38,539 nt of DNA from a virus (lineage: Duplodnaviria; Caudoviricetes): IMG/VR virus record IMGVR_UViG_3300048896_000102, positions 1 to 38,539 of that record. One strand, 5' to 3'. Under the pieces are notes generated by a model. The model ran no database searches. It had not been told where the DNA came from and worked only from the letters and a program-made list of their open reading frames with translations. This document shows positions 15,950 through 26,465 of this stretch, piece by piece. Made by a program: the position numbers and the translations under genes. How positions within the stretch are numbered: the stretch's first letter is position 1; each line of letters begins with the position of its first letter.

Positions 15950-15977
15950 GAGAGGAGCTTCGGTTCCTCTCGTCTTT
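15950..15977 (+). terminator. UUCG hairpin after the capsid genes
   Basis: gagaggagc-ttcg-gttcctctc then gtcttt. Confidence 0.6.
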
Positions 15978-16000
15978 AAACAAACACCACACGGAAATTT

Positions 16001-16405
16001 ATGACAATAATGAGAAGTATTAGAAAGCGCGAAGAAAAAATACCTGTTGAAAAACTCCAAGAGCAATTCCTGCAAGGGCCTGCCGATGGAACTGCAGCTG
16101 AAGCCTCTGAAGCTCTACAAGAAAACGTTGTAGTCCCTGTTGTTGGTAAGGTCGATGTAGAGAACATCATCTTCCGAAATCAACGCGATCCAGGTTATCC
16201 ACTTGAATTTCACTATGCAAGCAAGACACACCCATTCAAACAGTACAAGTTGATCGACGGTCACAAATACTCCATGCCTGTAGAGGTAATTAGAAACTTA
16301 GAATCATGCCGAGAGAACATTGAAAAATACCGACGTAACGCAGAAGGCATCCCAGAGATTTACATAGCTGGATACAAAACTCATTTCGTTTGTGAGAGGG
16401 CATAA
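16001..16405 (+). CDS. Hypothetical virion-module protein
   Basis: ORF coupled (TAATG) to the adaptor gene. Confidence 0.7.
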   Translation: MTIMRSIRKREEKIPVEKLQEQFLQGPADGTAAEASEALQENVVVPVVGKVDVENIIFRNQRDPGYPLEFHYASKTHPFKQYKLIDGHKYSMPVEVIRNLESCRENIEKYRRNAEGIPEIYIAGYKTHFVCERA

Positions 16406-17379
16406 TGACAGTAGAATATGGTTGGACACTAAGTGACATTAGACAAGAAGTTAGGTCAATTACAGGCCGGCCAGACACTAGCATGCTTTCAAATGACGAT
16501 TTAGATACATATATTAATAGATACTATCAATATGTATTGACCAAGGAACTTAAACTATTTTTTGGTTATACATATTATAGTTTTTACACTCAAAGCGGAA
16601 TAAACTTCTACACAGCGCCACAGAACTTTCAAACGCTAAATCCTACAGCAACAGTAGATGGGTTTCCTTTACAGTGGTACATCGACCCGGACTTGTTTTA
16701 TCAAGATTACCCATCTCAGCCTACAGGGAAATTAGCAGTTGGCACAGGCGACGGAGTTACCAACGCTTTTAGTTTCACACTGACAGCTCCAATTCGTCAA
16801 GGCAGCTTATATATCTCAGATGGAACTCAGATCGCTAAGAGTTCCGCAAGAGGTAATTTCTACGATCCATCTATAACAGCTGATGCAGACCCAGATAATC
16901 CTCCACCTCCTAGCTCCACTCTTCCTGGAACCGTGGACTTTCTTACTGGAACTGTGACTGGAGTTGGATTTACTACAGCTCCAGTTTCGGGTGCAACTCT
17001 TACGGCTACCTGGATAAATTACCTGCCTAACCGTCCAACTGCCGTCTTGTTTTATCAAAACTACCCAATGAGTTCTGCGACACAGCCGACCATTCAACAG
17101 CAATGGTGGATGAACGTAGCTCCTGTCCCGGATCAGACTTACCGTATTCGCCTTAAAGGTATACAAATACCTGCGGCTCTAATCAATGCAACCGACATTC
17201 CTTTTAGGCAAGACCTAGGTCCTCTTATTGCGTTGGGAGCCTCTCAAACAATCTTCCGTAATTTCAACCAGATGGATCAATACGATCAAATTCAAGTTGA
17301 ATATGACCGCTATAAACACATTTGCATGACGGATACTTACGAAGAGCTTTTATATCAACGTTCCGTTTCAAAATTCTAG
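16405..17379 (+). CDS. Head-tail adaptor with an inserted beta domain
   Basis: TLSDIRQEVR.ITGR...L...IN N-terminus, PVPDQTY, LIALGA C-terminal helix. Confidence 0.7.
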   Translation: MTVEYGWTLSDIRQEVRSITGRPDTSMLSNDDLDTYINRYYQYVLTKELKLFFGYTYYSFYTQSGINFYTAPQNFQTLNPTATVDGFPLQWYIDPDLFYQDYPSQPTGKLAVGTGDGVTNAFSFTLTAPIRQGSLYISDGTQIAKSSARGNFYDPSITADADPDNPPPPSSTLPGTVDFLTGTVTGVGFTTAPVSGATLTATWINYLPNRPTAVLFYQNYPMSSATQPTIQQQWWMNVAPVPDQTYRIRLKGIQIPAALINATDIPFRQDLGPLIALGASQTIFRNFNQMDQYDQIQVEYDRYKHICMTDTYEELLYQRSVSKF

Positions 17380-17388
17380 GGAGAGTCA

Positions 17389-17958
17389 ATGGCAATTTAT
17401 ACTCCAAATGTTCCGCAAGGAAATCAGCAGATCTCAGCAACTCAAGGTCCCATACAAGGTAATTTTCAATACCTTCAGGCTACTTTAACAAAAGATCATG
17501 AAATAACATCGCTTAACTCGGCTACTGCCATAGAAGGCTATCACAAAGTTGTGCATTTAACAGCTCAGGCTGTGCCGGCTACTATTGCCTCAATCACTCA
17601 GGTTTATAGTCGCGTTGCTGGTTCAGACACACAACTTTTTGTAAAGAATAGCGCAGGTCAAATATCTAGGCTTACAGGGCATTCCGCTGCTGCTTCTGGA
17701 TACCAATATATGGGCGGTATCATTATTCAATGGGGCAACACTTTAACCTCAGCTTCTACGACAGTTTCGTTTCCAAATGCTACAGCATTCACTAATTGTT
17801 GGGTTGTTCTTGCAACTCCTGTTTTTAGTGGTGCTGTTACCCCTTCGACTTATCAAAACATAGGAATTAGAAGTGTTAGCGCTACGAATTTTGTTTGGAC
17901 GTTTCAAAGTGAAGGAAACATTATGCCTTCATTTAACTGGATTGCAATAGGAAGCTAA
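17389..17958 (+). CDS. Short tail-fibre-like protein
   Basis: GYQYMGGIIIQWG...VSFP..F...WIAIG (gp53-like / H-lectin-like fibre domain). Confidence 0.7.
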   Translation: MAIYTPNVPQGNQQISATQGPIQGNFQYLQATLTKDHEITSLNSATAIEGYHKVVHLTAQAVPATIASITQVYSRVAGSDTQLFVKNSAGQISRLTGHSAAASGYQYMGGIIIQWGNTLTSASTTVSFPNATAFTNCWVVLATPVFSGAVTPSTYQNIGIRSVSATNFVWTFQSEGNIMPSFNWIAIGS

Positions 17959-20237
17959 TGCCAAGAGAATATCAAGAGTTTCCTATAAGTAATTTTCGTA
18001 CAGGCTTCAACGAGTCGGTAGAACCCTGGCTACTTCCGAGAGACGCTTTTCAACAGTTTATTAACTGTCATCTGTATCGCGGCGTAGTCGAAAAGATCGA
18101 AGGATATGAACTTTTCGCTGCTTTCTCATATAGAAACACGATATCTCTTACTAGATCGAGTGCAACTGTTTATACCGGAACTTTAACTTCAATTCCTATT
18201 ACCACCAACTTTTATGGATACGGAACATTTGTTTTAAGCGCCTCTGCAGAAACTTTTGCTTATTCTAGTGACGACGGTGCAGATATAATTACTTTAGTTG
18301 GAAGCCTCGGAGGGTCCGGAACTGTTACCATTTCAACTCTTGCTGTAAGACTTGTCTTTGCCAATGCAGTTCCAAACGTTGCAACTTCAACAGTTATGTT
18401 TTCTTGGGACTCAGCTCCTGTATCTCCTTGCGCAATCATGGGTATAAAGCAATACTTTCGCAGCGACAACCAACAAGACGTGCTTGTTTTTGATCAGAAA
18501 CGTCTTGGTAAAATTGTTAATATTTTCGGTCTTATTGCATCAACAGCAGGAACACTTCAAGGTATAAGCGAGATTCCTCACGACTATTGGCAATCTGCGG
18601 TTTTTACAGGTAATGGAGCTATTTTGACTTTTACAGGAACTTTAACCGCATCATTTCTAGTTCCAGGAAGCGTCAGATTTGTCGAATACACGGCTGCGGG
18701 AGTCGTTGTAAATAACACTATAGTCGATAACGGAGTAGGTGGATGGTCGGGAACTAACGTTGCCGCAGGTTTTATCAATTACGCTACGGGAGCTTACAGC
18801 ATAACATTTACTGTAGCTCCGGCAAACCTAGATGTGTTTAATAGTCTCGCAGGAGTCTATGGAAATATTTTCACTGGGGATATCTCACAATTCTTTTCGT
18901 TATACAACTATCAATATTTAGCATTCTTTACTAATAATAAAGATTTTATAATGTATTACGACGGAACTACGATTAAGTTCTTAAATACAAACGTTACTGT
19001 TGTATTGCCGACAGCTAGCGGAGGGCTTCCGGTCGGTTTATATATTTCGCGATGTTTACACGTATTTGTCAATCGAGAGCGTCTTCTGCTAATTGCGCCT
19101 TTTATCACTCAGCCCCAGCCAGGCGTTCAGTGGTCAGTTGCTGGTTCGCCTCTAGATTTTACTAACGGAGAGTTTCTTTTAGCCTCAACCTCTGAGCGTA
19201 TAGTAGCAATTGGATATATCAACACCGATCTTATCATACGTTTTTCTAACTCAGAACGCATATTTCGATATACAGGCGACGCCTTCAGTCCATTTCGATT
19301 TGACACTACTAACTCTCTTTGGGCATGCGATGCTCCTTTTAGTTCAATTAACTATGATACTTACTTTACTACAGTTGGTCGGCCTGCAATCGTAGGTTCC
19401 GATGGAGTTAACGTGAAAAGAGCCGATGAGGTTATACCTGATTTTACAGATCCTACTTTACTATCTCAACAGACACCAGTTCCGTTTATTAACCAAACTA
19501 GTATTGCTCAATGCTATGGAGAAAGATTCGACGACATTAAAGAAGGGTGGCTTTGCTACAACAGCGGAGAAGGTGAAACTGTAAGCACAGCATCCACTAA
19601 CGTGTTGGCGTTCAATTATTTAGATGAAACCTATGCTATCTACGAATTTCCATTAAGCTGTCTTGGATATGGACGTATCTCAAACGTTCCAACTTGGTCC
19701 ACTACTTTTACTAAATGGTCTGCAGAAGGCGATAACTGGGATGCGTATAATCTTCAAAGCAACGCCTTAATTCCTCTCGGTGGAGATCAGTTTGATAAAG
19801 TATATCAACTTAATTCAGGTAATAGTTTAGGAAACGGAACTACGCCTATAACCATGAGTGCAATCACAAAGAACTTAAATCCTTTCGTTGAGGGAGGACA
19901 GCTCGCGCGCTTTGGATACGTTGATCTTTATGTGTCTGCGTATAACGATACCACACTTCGCGTTCAATTTTTTGTTGATGACAATCTTTATGTAGATGGA
20001 TCTGGAGAAATCCAAGGCTATTATCAAGAGACATCGCTAACTTTTTCAGACACAGATTCTTTAAGCTCTAAGCCTATGACTAAAGTTTGGAAAAGAATTT
20101 ATGTAGGCTCAGTTGGACGCGTTCACACAATTCGTTTTTATCAAAACGCAGATGACTTCTCAGTTAGTTTAGCGCAGCCAGTTTTTATACACGCAATGGT
20201 TTTGTACATGAAACCTGCAGGAAGGATTTTCGGATAA
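17958..20237 (+). CDS. Tail nozzle / tubular protein (P22 gp10 / T7 gp12-like)
   Basis: 759 aa beta-rich protein in the podovirus position between adaptor and ejection genes. Confidence 0.7.
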   Translation: MPREYQEFPISNFRTGFNESVEPWLLPRDAFQQFINCHLYRGVVEKIEGYELFAAFSYRNTISLTRSSATVYTGTLTSIPITTNFYGYGTFVLSASAETFAYSSDDGADIITLVGSLGGSGTVTISTLAVRLVFANAVPNVATSTVMFSWDSAPVSPCAIMGIKQYFRSDNQQDVLVFDQKRLGKIVNIFGLIASTAGTLQGISEIPHDYWQSAVFTGNGAILTFTGTLTASFLVPGSVRFVEYTAAGVVVNNTIVDNGVGGWSGTNVAAGFINYATGAYSITFTVAPANLDVFNSLAGVYGNIFTGDISQFFSLYNYQYLAFFTNNKDFIMYYDGTTIKFLNTNVTVVLPTASGGLPVGLYISRCLHVFVNRERLLLIAPFITQPQPGVQWSVAGSPLDFTNGEFLLASTSERIVAIGYINTDLIIRFSNSERIFRYTGDAFSPFRFDTTNSLWACDAPFSSINYDTYFTTVGRPAIVGSDGVNVKRADEVIPDFTDPTLLSQQTPVPFINQTSIAQCYGERFDDIKEGWLCYNSGEGETVSTASTNVLAFNYLDETYAIYEFPLSCLGYGRISNVPTWSTTFTKWSAEGDNWDAYNLQSNALIPLGGDQFDKVYQLNSGNSLGNGTTPITMSAITKNLNPFVEGGQLARFGYVDLYVSAYNDTTLRVQFFVDDNLYVDGSGEIQGYYQETSLTFSDTDSLSSKPMTKVWKRIYVGSVGRVHTIRFYQNADDFSVSLAQPVFIHAMVLYMKPAGRIFG

Positions 20238-20419
20238 TGAATAAGGTTAAACACACATACTATCAGGTTTTCGAATATGATGAAAATCTTCCAGAAAATA
20301 AAAGAAGAATTTATACATTTGCTGATGCATCTTCCGCCCACGATATGCTAGAATTTATTTTAAAGCACGATGACATGCCGGTCGACTTAGGAGTTGAAGA
20401 ATATGAAACTTCAACCTAA
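20237..20419 (+). CDS. Small hypothetical protein
   Basis: TAATG coupling to the nozzle gene. Confidence 0.5.
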   Translation: MNKVKHTYYQVFEYDENLPENKRRIYTFADASSAHDMLEFILKHDDMPVDLGVEEYETST

Positions 20420-20876
20420 CTTTAGTTGGCAGAAATACGAAGGAACACCTGAAGATCAGAAAGAACAATTTCAATTTCAACTTCAGCAGCAACACATATC
20501 AGTTGCTAATTCAATCAACGCAACCATCGACGACGGAAGTTTTTGGCTTAGGGAAAGAGCCACGGCTTTCACCTGGGTTAACAACAAGCAGATTTACACC
20601 AAGACAGTCGCAACAGTTGCATGGACCGCAGTTGGCACAATTAATACGATTCCACTGGGTATCGTTGGTGATTTTGTTGTCATCGACTTCGTAGCTGCAA
20701 TAAGCAATGGAACGCTTTCCACGAATAGCACACTGCCTTTACCTTACGTAAATGTTACAGCCTTAGCAAGTTGCATTTCCTTGGTTAGGTCCGGAACAAA
20801 CATAGTCATAACTAGCGGTGGCGTTGACAGGTCTGCATATTCAGGTTACGTAACCGTTTACTACATCAAAACTTGA
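20403..20876 (+). CDS. Tail-associated protein
   Basis: N-terminal helix plus beta C-terminus ending YVTVYYIKT; AGGAG RBS before ATG 20403. Confidence 0.6.
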   Translation: MKLQPNFSWQKYEGTPEDQKEQFQFQLQQQHISVANSINATIDDGSFWLRERATAFTWVNNKQIYTKTVATVAWTAVGTINTIPLGIVGDFVVIDFVAAISNGTLSTNSTLPLPYVNVTALASCISLVRSGTNIVITSGGVDRSAYSGYVTVYYIKT

Positions 20877-20882
20877 GGTCAC

Positions 20883-21395
20883 ATGCCTAAATTAAAAGAA
20901 TTTCTCTTCGGAAAAAGAAGTAAAACGAAGCAGCTGAAAACAACTTCTCCTGAGCAAGATGAACTTGCAGCCTTGATCAGACAAGGCATCGAGTCAGGAG
21001 AAGGCCCATACGCAGACATCTTTTCTTCATTTAACGAGAAAGATTTTCAGAAGAACTTCGAAAAGGGCGTAAGCGCTCCTGCTTTAAAGAACTTTCAGGA
21101 CAAAATCTTGCCTCAGCTTCAAGAAAGGTTCATTGCAGGCAATCAAGTGCTTGGTTCAGGTAGACAGAGAGCAGAAGCTGGCGCAGCAACTGACCTTCAA
21201 TCGAGACTTTCCGAACTTATGTATAACGCCAGAAACCAACAGCAACAGCAGCAAGGTCAGAACAAGATGAATGCTATTAACACTCTTTACGGTAAACAGA
21301 ACGTTGAAAACATTTACAAGCCTGGAACTGAAGGAATAGCTGGTCCGGCAATAGTAGGAGCAGCTAAAGCAGCCAGTGCAGCAGTAGCAGGTTAA
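20883..21395 (+). CDS. Probable DNA ejection protein (small)
   Basis: Gln/Ala/Gly-rich helical protein with a hydrophobic Ala-rich tail; position after the tail genes. Confidence 0.6.
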   Translation: MPKLKEFLFGKRSKTKQLKTTSPEQDELAALIRQGIESGEGPYADIFSSFNEKDFQKNFEKGVSAPALKNFQDKILPQLQERFIAGNQVLGSGRQRAEAGAATDLQSRLSELMYNARNQQQQQQGQNKMNAINTLYGKQNVENIYKPGTEGIAGPAIVGAAKAASAAVAG

Positions 21396-21408
21396 AAAAG
21401 GATACAAT

Positions 21409-22509
21409 ATGGTCACAGTTTTACCTCAAGAAAAAGGATATGGCGATTACGCTCGTGAAGCGATAGAAGGATTCACCCAAGGCTACCAGAACCGTCACGA
21501 CGAAATGGCCCTGCAAAAAGCGATTAAAGACTTACCTCCTGATGCAACTCCAAGACAAAGACTCGATACTATCCTTGGAGTTAAGACATATAATCCTAAG
21601 GCTAAACAAGAAGTGTTTAAAAACATTTTAGGTGCTGAGCAGTTCGAAGAAACAAGAAGAGCCAACCAACAGAATGAAGAAATAAGAAAAGCTCAAAATA
21701 TTATCAACCAAAATAAACTGAACAAAGACCAAACGAAGGCTACGCAAGATAGACAGGCTGTGAGATCTATTGTAAGCAAATTAGATATACCTGAAGACCA
21801 AAAAGAAGTATTTGCCGAAACACTGACTTTACCTGCAGTTGAAGGTTTACTTAAGCAACAATTAAAACCAGTTAAAGAAGATCAGGTAAAACAATCTCCT
21901 TTCGATAAAAAAGTTGAAGAAGCTCAAGCCGAAGACTATATGAACTTAACTAAAGAAATACCGAAACTTAAAGATCAACTTAACACTATCGATTATGTAG
22001 AAAAACTTTCGGGTGATCTAGGCTATTTGGGTGGTCTTACCGCTCCTTTAAGCGGTGTATTCGGAACAGAAAAAGCTAGAGAGTTAGAGGCTACAAGCTT
22101 TCCTTTGATTGAATCTATCGTGAAAATATTTAACCCTTCAGGACCTATTGCCACCCAAAAGTTAAAGATCATTCAAGACAAATACCAGATCAAAGCAACC
22201 GACTTCCCTTGGCAAACTCAAGGTAAGATTAAAGCTATAAGAAACTTCACTAAGCAAGCATTAGACCGCGCAGAGAAACGTATGGCTTTATATGAAAAAT
22301 ACGACGGAAAGCCACCTAAAGAAAAAATGGAAAATTTCGACAAAGAAACTGAAACTTTAAACGACGCTTTTATCGACTATAAAATTGATGCCAAAGAAGC
22401 TAATAACCCGGATTTACCCTCGCCTAAAGAATTTAAAGGAAAGACTATAACTTCACCGACCGGAGAGAAGTTCACCAGCGATGGTTTAAGATGGACGGTG
22501 AAGGAATGA
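21409..22509 (+). CDS. Probable DNA ejection protein (middle)
   Basis: Helical and Lys/Gln-rich, one glycine-rich hydrophobic segment, short C-terminal beta motif (SDGLRW). Confidence 0.6.
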   Translation: MVTVLPQEKGYGDYAREAIEGFTQGYQNRHDEMALQKAIKDLPPDATPRQRLDTILGVKTYNPKAKQEVFKNILGAEQFEETRRANQQNEEIRKAQNIINQNKLNKDQTKATQDRQAVRSIVSKLDIPEDQKEVFAETLTLPAVEGLLKQQLKPVKEDQVKQSPFDKKVEEAQAEDYMNLTKEIPKLKDQLNTIDYVEKLSGDLGYLGGLTAPLSGVFGTEKARELEATSFPLIESIVKIFNPSGPIATQKLKIIQDKYQIKATDFPWQTQGKIKAIRNFTKQALDRAEKRMALYEKYDGKPPKEKMENFDKETETLNDAFIDYKIDAKEANNPDLPSPKEFKGKTITSPTGEKFTSDGLRWTVKE

Positions 22510-25193
22510 CCTTACCGGAAGGCTGGACAGTCGAAGATGAACCTAAACAGAAAAGCGGCTTAAAAGCAGGCTGGGTTGTTGAAGAAGACCAACCAGTTGA
22601 AAAACCTAGAGAAGCGCCTATAAACATTGGACTATCTCCTGACCCAGAAGCAGCTAAGCAACAAGGATATGAACCAGACTTCTCCGAGGAAGTTGAGCGT
22701 TGGGAAGCAATGGGTAATCGCAGCTTAAACCCAATTAAGGCTATGCTTTCAGGTGCTACGTTCGGAGCAACCGAGAACATAAAGGCGCTTAAACCTGAGG
22801 AAGGCTTAAGCACCGATATTTTTAAGTTTGGTGGATCTCTATTGCCTGTTAGTAAAATGCTCAAAGTTGCTAACGCAGGTGCTGTAGCTTTGGCCGCTAA
22901 AAGTCCTCCAATACTAAATCAATTAGGAGCTCTTTACTCTATTCTTGGTGTTGGTGCTGTAGGAGCCACAGTCAAAGGAATAGAATCATTAGCTAAGGGA
23001 GAAACTCCGGACTCCGAAGAACTTCTAGAACATGGTGTGCAGTGGGCATTTTTAGATGCAGCGCTTCAAGGAGCTGGCGTCTTAGGTAAATTTGGATTAA
23101 ATCTATATAAAAAGTCTAGACAACTAGGTATTCCTAGAACGCAGATAATCAATGACATCGCCGAGAGACTTGAGCGGTCTGGATTAGACATGACTAAAGT
23201 AGACCAAGTTTCTGAGGCTGCTTTTGACATTCTTGAAAACTTCAAGCCTATTGAAGGCCAAGCCAAGAGAGTACTTGAGCCCTACACCGCTCCTTTATCT
23301 AAAACAGAGCAGATGGCAATCGAGTCTGAAATACTCGCTAGTAAAGAAAAACCTATCACTTCTACTGATCTAAAGCTAAGAAAGATCGATGATAGAACAA
23401 TCAAGAAGATGGAAACTGAAGCTCCTGTATTAGCAGAACCTGTGCAACCCGAGGCTCCTTCCTATTCCGCAGAAGTTAAGAAGCTAGAAGATACTGTTAA
23501 GTTGATGGATTCAGTCGCGCCTCGCGCCATCTCTGAAGAAGCTCTAGGTACATCGATTAAAGCCGACGTAGAACACTCAATTAAAGCTAAGAAAGCAGAG
23601 TATAAGCCTTTGTATGATCAAGCTTATGAAGCCGCTGAAACATTGGAACATACGCCGACAGGAACAGCTAGAGAAGCGGAGGAAAATCTTAGAGAGCTAT
23701 CTAATCTCAAAACTAAACCTGCAGGATATGCTTCAGTTATTAAAAACCTGGAGACAGTTTTAAAAGACGCAGGATATGTTATTAAGAGAAGTGCAAACGG
23801 AGTTATTAAAATAATTGAATCTAAAGGCCCTGTTCCTGTTAGTAAGACAATAGAATTAGCTAAGCGTTTAAATGAAATTATTGATTTTGAAGCAGTTGAG
23901 CCAACAATAAAGAACGCTTTAAAGTCTGTTAAGAAAGCGGCCAAAGAAGATATCAGAATGGGTCTAATGCAAAACCCAGATGCGCATGCAGCCTTCGAAC
24001 TAGCTGAAGAAGCGCATGCTAGAACTGCAGCTCTATACACGAAAGACTCAATACGTAAAGTTAGAGGAACTCAAGCGGGCGAGAAGGTCACAACTATGCT
24101 TGACTCGCCTACAACACTAAAAGACTTGAAAGAGATCTCGACAGAAAAACAGTGGGCGCAGATTGAACGCGAAGTTATAGACCGTCTAAACAGCAAGCCT
24201 TTCGAAGCGGCAAAGAAACATCTACGTGAGATTGAATCCAGCCTTTCAAAGAAAGCTAAGCAAATAGCTGAAGATATTGTCGAAGCTAAGAACCCTAGCG
24301 GCTCTCTAGCTAGACGAAACATAGTCAAAAGCAACGTTGTTGAAGACGTGGCCGACGCATTCACTACAGGACAAAGACCTAAAAAGACACTTGATCTCTG
24401 GAAAACAAAGAAAGGTCAACGCTTAGTTAAAGAAGCATTCGAAGGAAGCCCTAACTGGAAACAAGTTAAGACTTACCTTGAGAAGCAAAGCTTTAACGAT
24501 ATGGTTGCGTCTGTAACTAAAGCTAACGGCGTAGTTGATGCAGTCAAGATTAAGCAATTCATGAAAGACCCGGCTTTTGTTGAGAATGTCCGAAGCCAAG
24601 GTGGTGAAGAAGCTGTAACCTTTTTTAAAGATCTTTACGAAAACATTACTAAAGTCAGAGAAAACTTTAACTTACTAGATAAGATTCCGACAAGCTACGA
24701 GATTGGAAGAGGGCAGCAACTCTTAAGAAGAACGGCAGAGAAAGCAAAAGAAGCAAGACGAGTTAAGTCTGCAACTAAAGAAATCGGAAAAGACATTCTC
24801 TCTCCTAAGAAGGGCTTTGAGAAAGCTGAACAAGCAAAAGCTCTTGAAGCTAAGGTTCAAAGAGGGATGAAGATCCTAGAGAGAATGAAATCAAAAGATT
24901 ATCCAATACAGGCTAAGAAGCAAGCTTTAGAAGAATTAATTAAAAACTTCCTTGGTTTAAATGCTCAGGCAGCAATGAACGTATTTGGCTTAGCTAAACT
25001 TGGTGTTGGTGCTGCCAGCGGATTTGCTTTCGGAGTCCCAAGCACTGTGACAGCTATCATAGCTTACAGAATGCTAAACAAGATGCTGACAAGTCCTAGA
25101 GTTAGGAAAGCTTTTCTCGAAGCAACGAGACATAAAACAAATACCGTAGGCTTTCTTTTAGCGATGGAAGAGTTCGGTGAAGAGCTAGATTAA
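22506..25193 (+). CDS. Probable DNA ejection protein (large)
   Basis: LPEGWTVE / LKAGWVVE N-terminal repeats, hydrophobic Gly/Ala segments near both ends; ATGA coupling at 22506. Confidence 0.65.
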   Translation: MTLPEGWTVEDEPKQKSGLKAGWVVEEDQPVEKPREAPINIGLSPDPEAAKQQGYEPDFSEEVERWEAMGNRSLNPIKAMLSGATFGATENIKALKPEEGLSTDIFKFGGSLLPVSKMLKVANAGAVALAAKSPPILNQLGALYSILGVGAVGATVKGIESLAKGETPDSEELLEHGVQWAFLDAALQGAGVLGKFGLNLYKKSRQLGIPRTQIINDIAERLERSGLDMTKVDQVSEAAFDILENFKPIEGQAKRVLEPYTAPLSKTEQMAIESEILASKEKPITSTDLKLRKIDDRTIKKMETEAPVLAEPVQPEAPSYSAEVKKLEDTVKLMDSVAPRAISEEALGTSIKADVEHSIKAKKAEYKPLYDQAYEAAETLEHTPTGTAREAEENLRELSNLKTKPAGYASVIKNLETVLKDAGYVIKRSANGVIKIIESKGPVPVSKTIELAKRLNEIIDFEAVEPTIKNALKSVKKAAKEDIRMGLMQNPDAHAAFELAEEAHARTAALYTKDSIRKVRGTQAGEKVTTMLDSPTTLKDLKEISTEKQWAQIEREVIDRLNSKPFEAAKKHLREIESSLSKKAKQIAEDIVEAKNPSGSLARRNIVKSNVVEDVADAFTTGQRPKKTLDLWKTKKGQRLVKEAFEGSPNWKQVKTYLEKQSFNDMVASVTKANGVVDAVKIKQFMKDPAFVENVRSQGGEEAVTFFKDLYENITKVRENFNLLDKIPTSYEIGRGQQLLRRTAEKAKEARRVKSATKEIGKDILSPKKGFEKAEQAKALEAKVQRGMKILERMKSKDYPIQAKKQALEELIKNFLGLNAQAAMNVFGLAKLGVGAASGFAFGVPSTVTAIIAYRMLNKMLTSPRVRKAFLEATRHKTNTVGFLLAMEEFGEELD

Positions 25194-25261
25194 CGCTCTT
25201 TACCATTAAAGCTCATCGAAAAAAGTAAGTATCCTAAAACAAAAACCCAAAAACCGCTCAT
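25190..25261 (-). CDS. Tiny membrane peptide (23 aa)
   Basis: MSGFWVFVLGYLLFSMSFNGKER preceded by a GAGGTG RBS. Confidence 0.4.
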   Translation of the reverse strand: MSGFWVFVLGYLLFSMSFNGKER

Positions 25262-25362
25262 TATACACCTCTTTTTGCGACTAGCATAACGAAGCGTGTA
25301 ATTAAAAGGAATGGGAAAACTTCGTCTAAAATGTAAAGTAATTATTTGACAAGGAGAACAAC

Positions 25363-26118
25363 ATGGCACTATTCGACAACCCACTTGGCTACGCAGGATA
25401 TCCTCCAGGCGCAACAGCTAAAGCAACTGTAGTCAACTCGACCGTACGCGCTGCAACAGCCGCTGAAGCTGCAACAGGAACTCGAACCGATATTTATATT
25501 TCACCTGCTACTGCAGACTCAGCGACAGCTCTAGACTTCGCGTCACCTCCAGTTCTAGGATATGGTTCAACAACTCCTAGGCCGGTTAAAGCTACTACGC
25601 TTTCTTCCGTTGGCGCTACAACGCTTAATACTTCTGGAGCTGCGGCTACAACAATTGCTACAGGTGGAACAGGAACTTTAGCATTAGGTAACGCAACAGG
25701 AAACACATCGGTTACAGGATCTTTAGGAACCACGACTACATTAACCGCAGGAACAACTCTTACAGCAACATTAGGAAATATTACTGCAACTAACGGAAAC
25801 ATAGTCCTTGGTACTGCAGGAAATAAACTCATGAGCACATCCGTTGCTTCAACAACCACTGCGGGAGCTAATTCTTTCGGAACAGTTACTTTGGTCGGTG
25901 GTACGGCAACCGTATCTACTACAGCTGTTACAGCAAGCTCAATCATTATGCTTACAAGACAAGGTCTTGGCGCTACAGGAGCTAACCCAATTGGTATTCT
26001 TTCTGTAGGCACAATTTCTGCTGGAGTTAGCTTTGTTATTAATGCTTGCACAACAGCTTCAGCTACAACACCACTAGCCTCGGACGTATCTTCAATTGGC
26101 TGGATGATCATTAACTAA
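25363..26118 (+). CDS. Thr/Ala/Gly-rich virion fibre or spike protein
   Basis: AAGGAG RBS; low-complexity beta shaft, C-terminal GTVTLVGGTATV...WMIIN domain. Confidence 0.7.
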   Translation: MALFDNPLGYAGYPPGATAKATVVNSTVRAATAAEAATGTRTDIYISPATADSATALDFASPPVLGYGSTTPRPVKATTLSSVGATTLNTSGAAATTIATGGTGTLALGNATGNTSVTGSLGTTTTLTAGTTLTATLGNITATNGNIVLGTAGNKLMSTSVASTTTAGANSFGTVTLVGGTATVSTTAVTASSIIMLTRQGLGATGANPIGILSVGTISAGVSFVINACTTASATTPLASDVSSIGWMIIN

Positions 26119-26128
26119 GGAGCATCTA

Positions 26129-26464
26129 ATGGCAGTTGCACGTTTCGACTCAGTTCGATCTCTCGCTTACACAGGAATATCAGGCTCTTATGCAGCTATA
26201 GGCACAGCGATATCGCAAAACTGGGGTATATTCAAAATCACGAATAACACCAATGGCGACTTGTTTATCAGCTTGGATGGATCTACAGACAATGATTTTG
26301 TTCCGGCAGGTAGCTTTGTGCTTTACGATCTTTCAACTAACGCACCTCCTATCTCACAAAACGACTCTTTTGTTCTAGCGCTTAACACAAGATTTTACGC
26401 CAAGCAATCGACTGCTCCCACTTCAGGGGCAGTTTATGTGACAGGCGTATACGCAAGGAGGTAG
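26129..26464 (+). CDS. Small beta-sandwich virion protein
   Basis: AAGGAG RBS; ITNNT...LFISLDG...VPAG pattern. Confidence 0.65.
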   Translation: MAVARFDSVRSLAYTGISGSYAAIGTAISQNWGIFKITNNTNGDLFISLDGSTDNDFVPAGSFVLYDLSTNAPPISQNDSFVLALNTRFYAKQSTAPTSGAVYVTGVYARR

Positions 26465-26465
26465 T

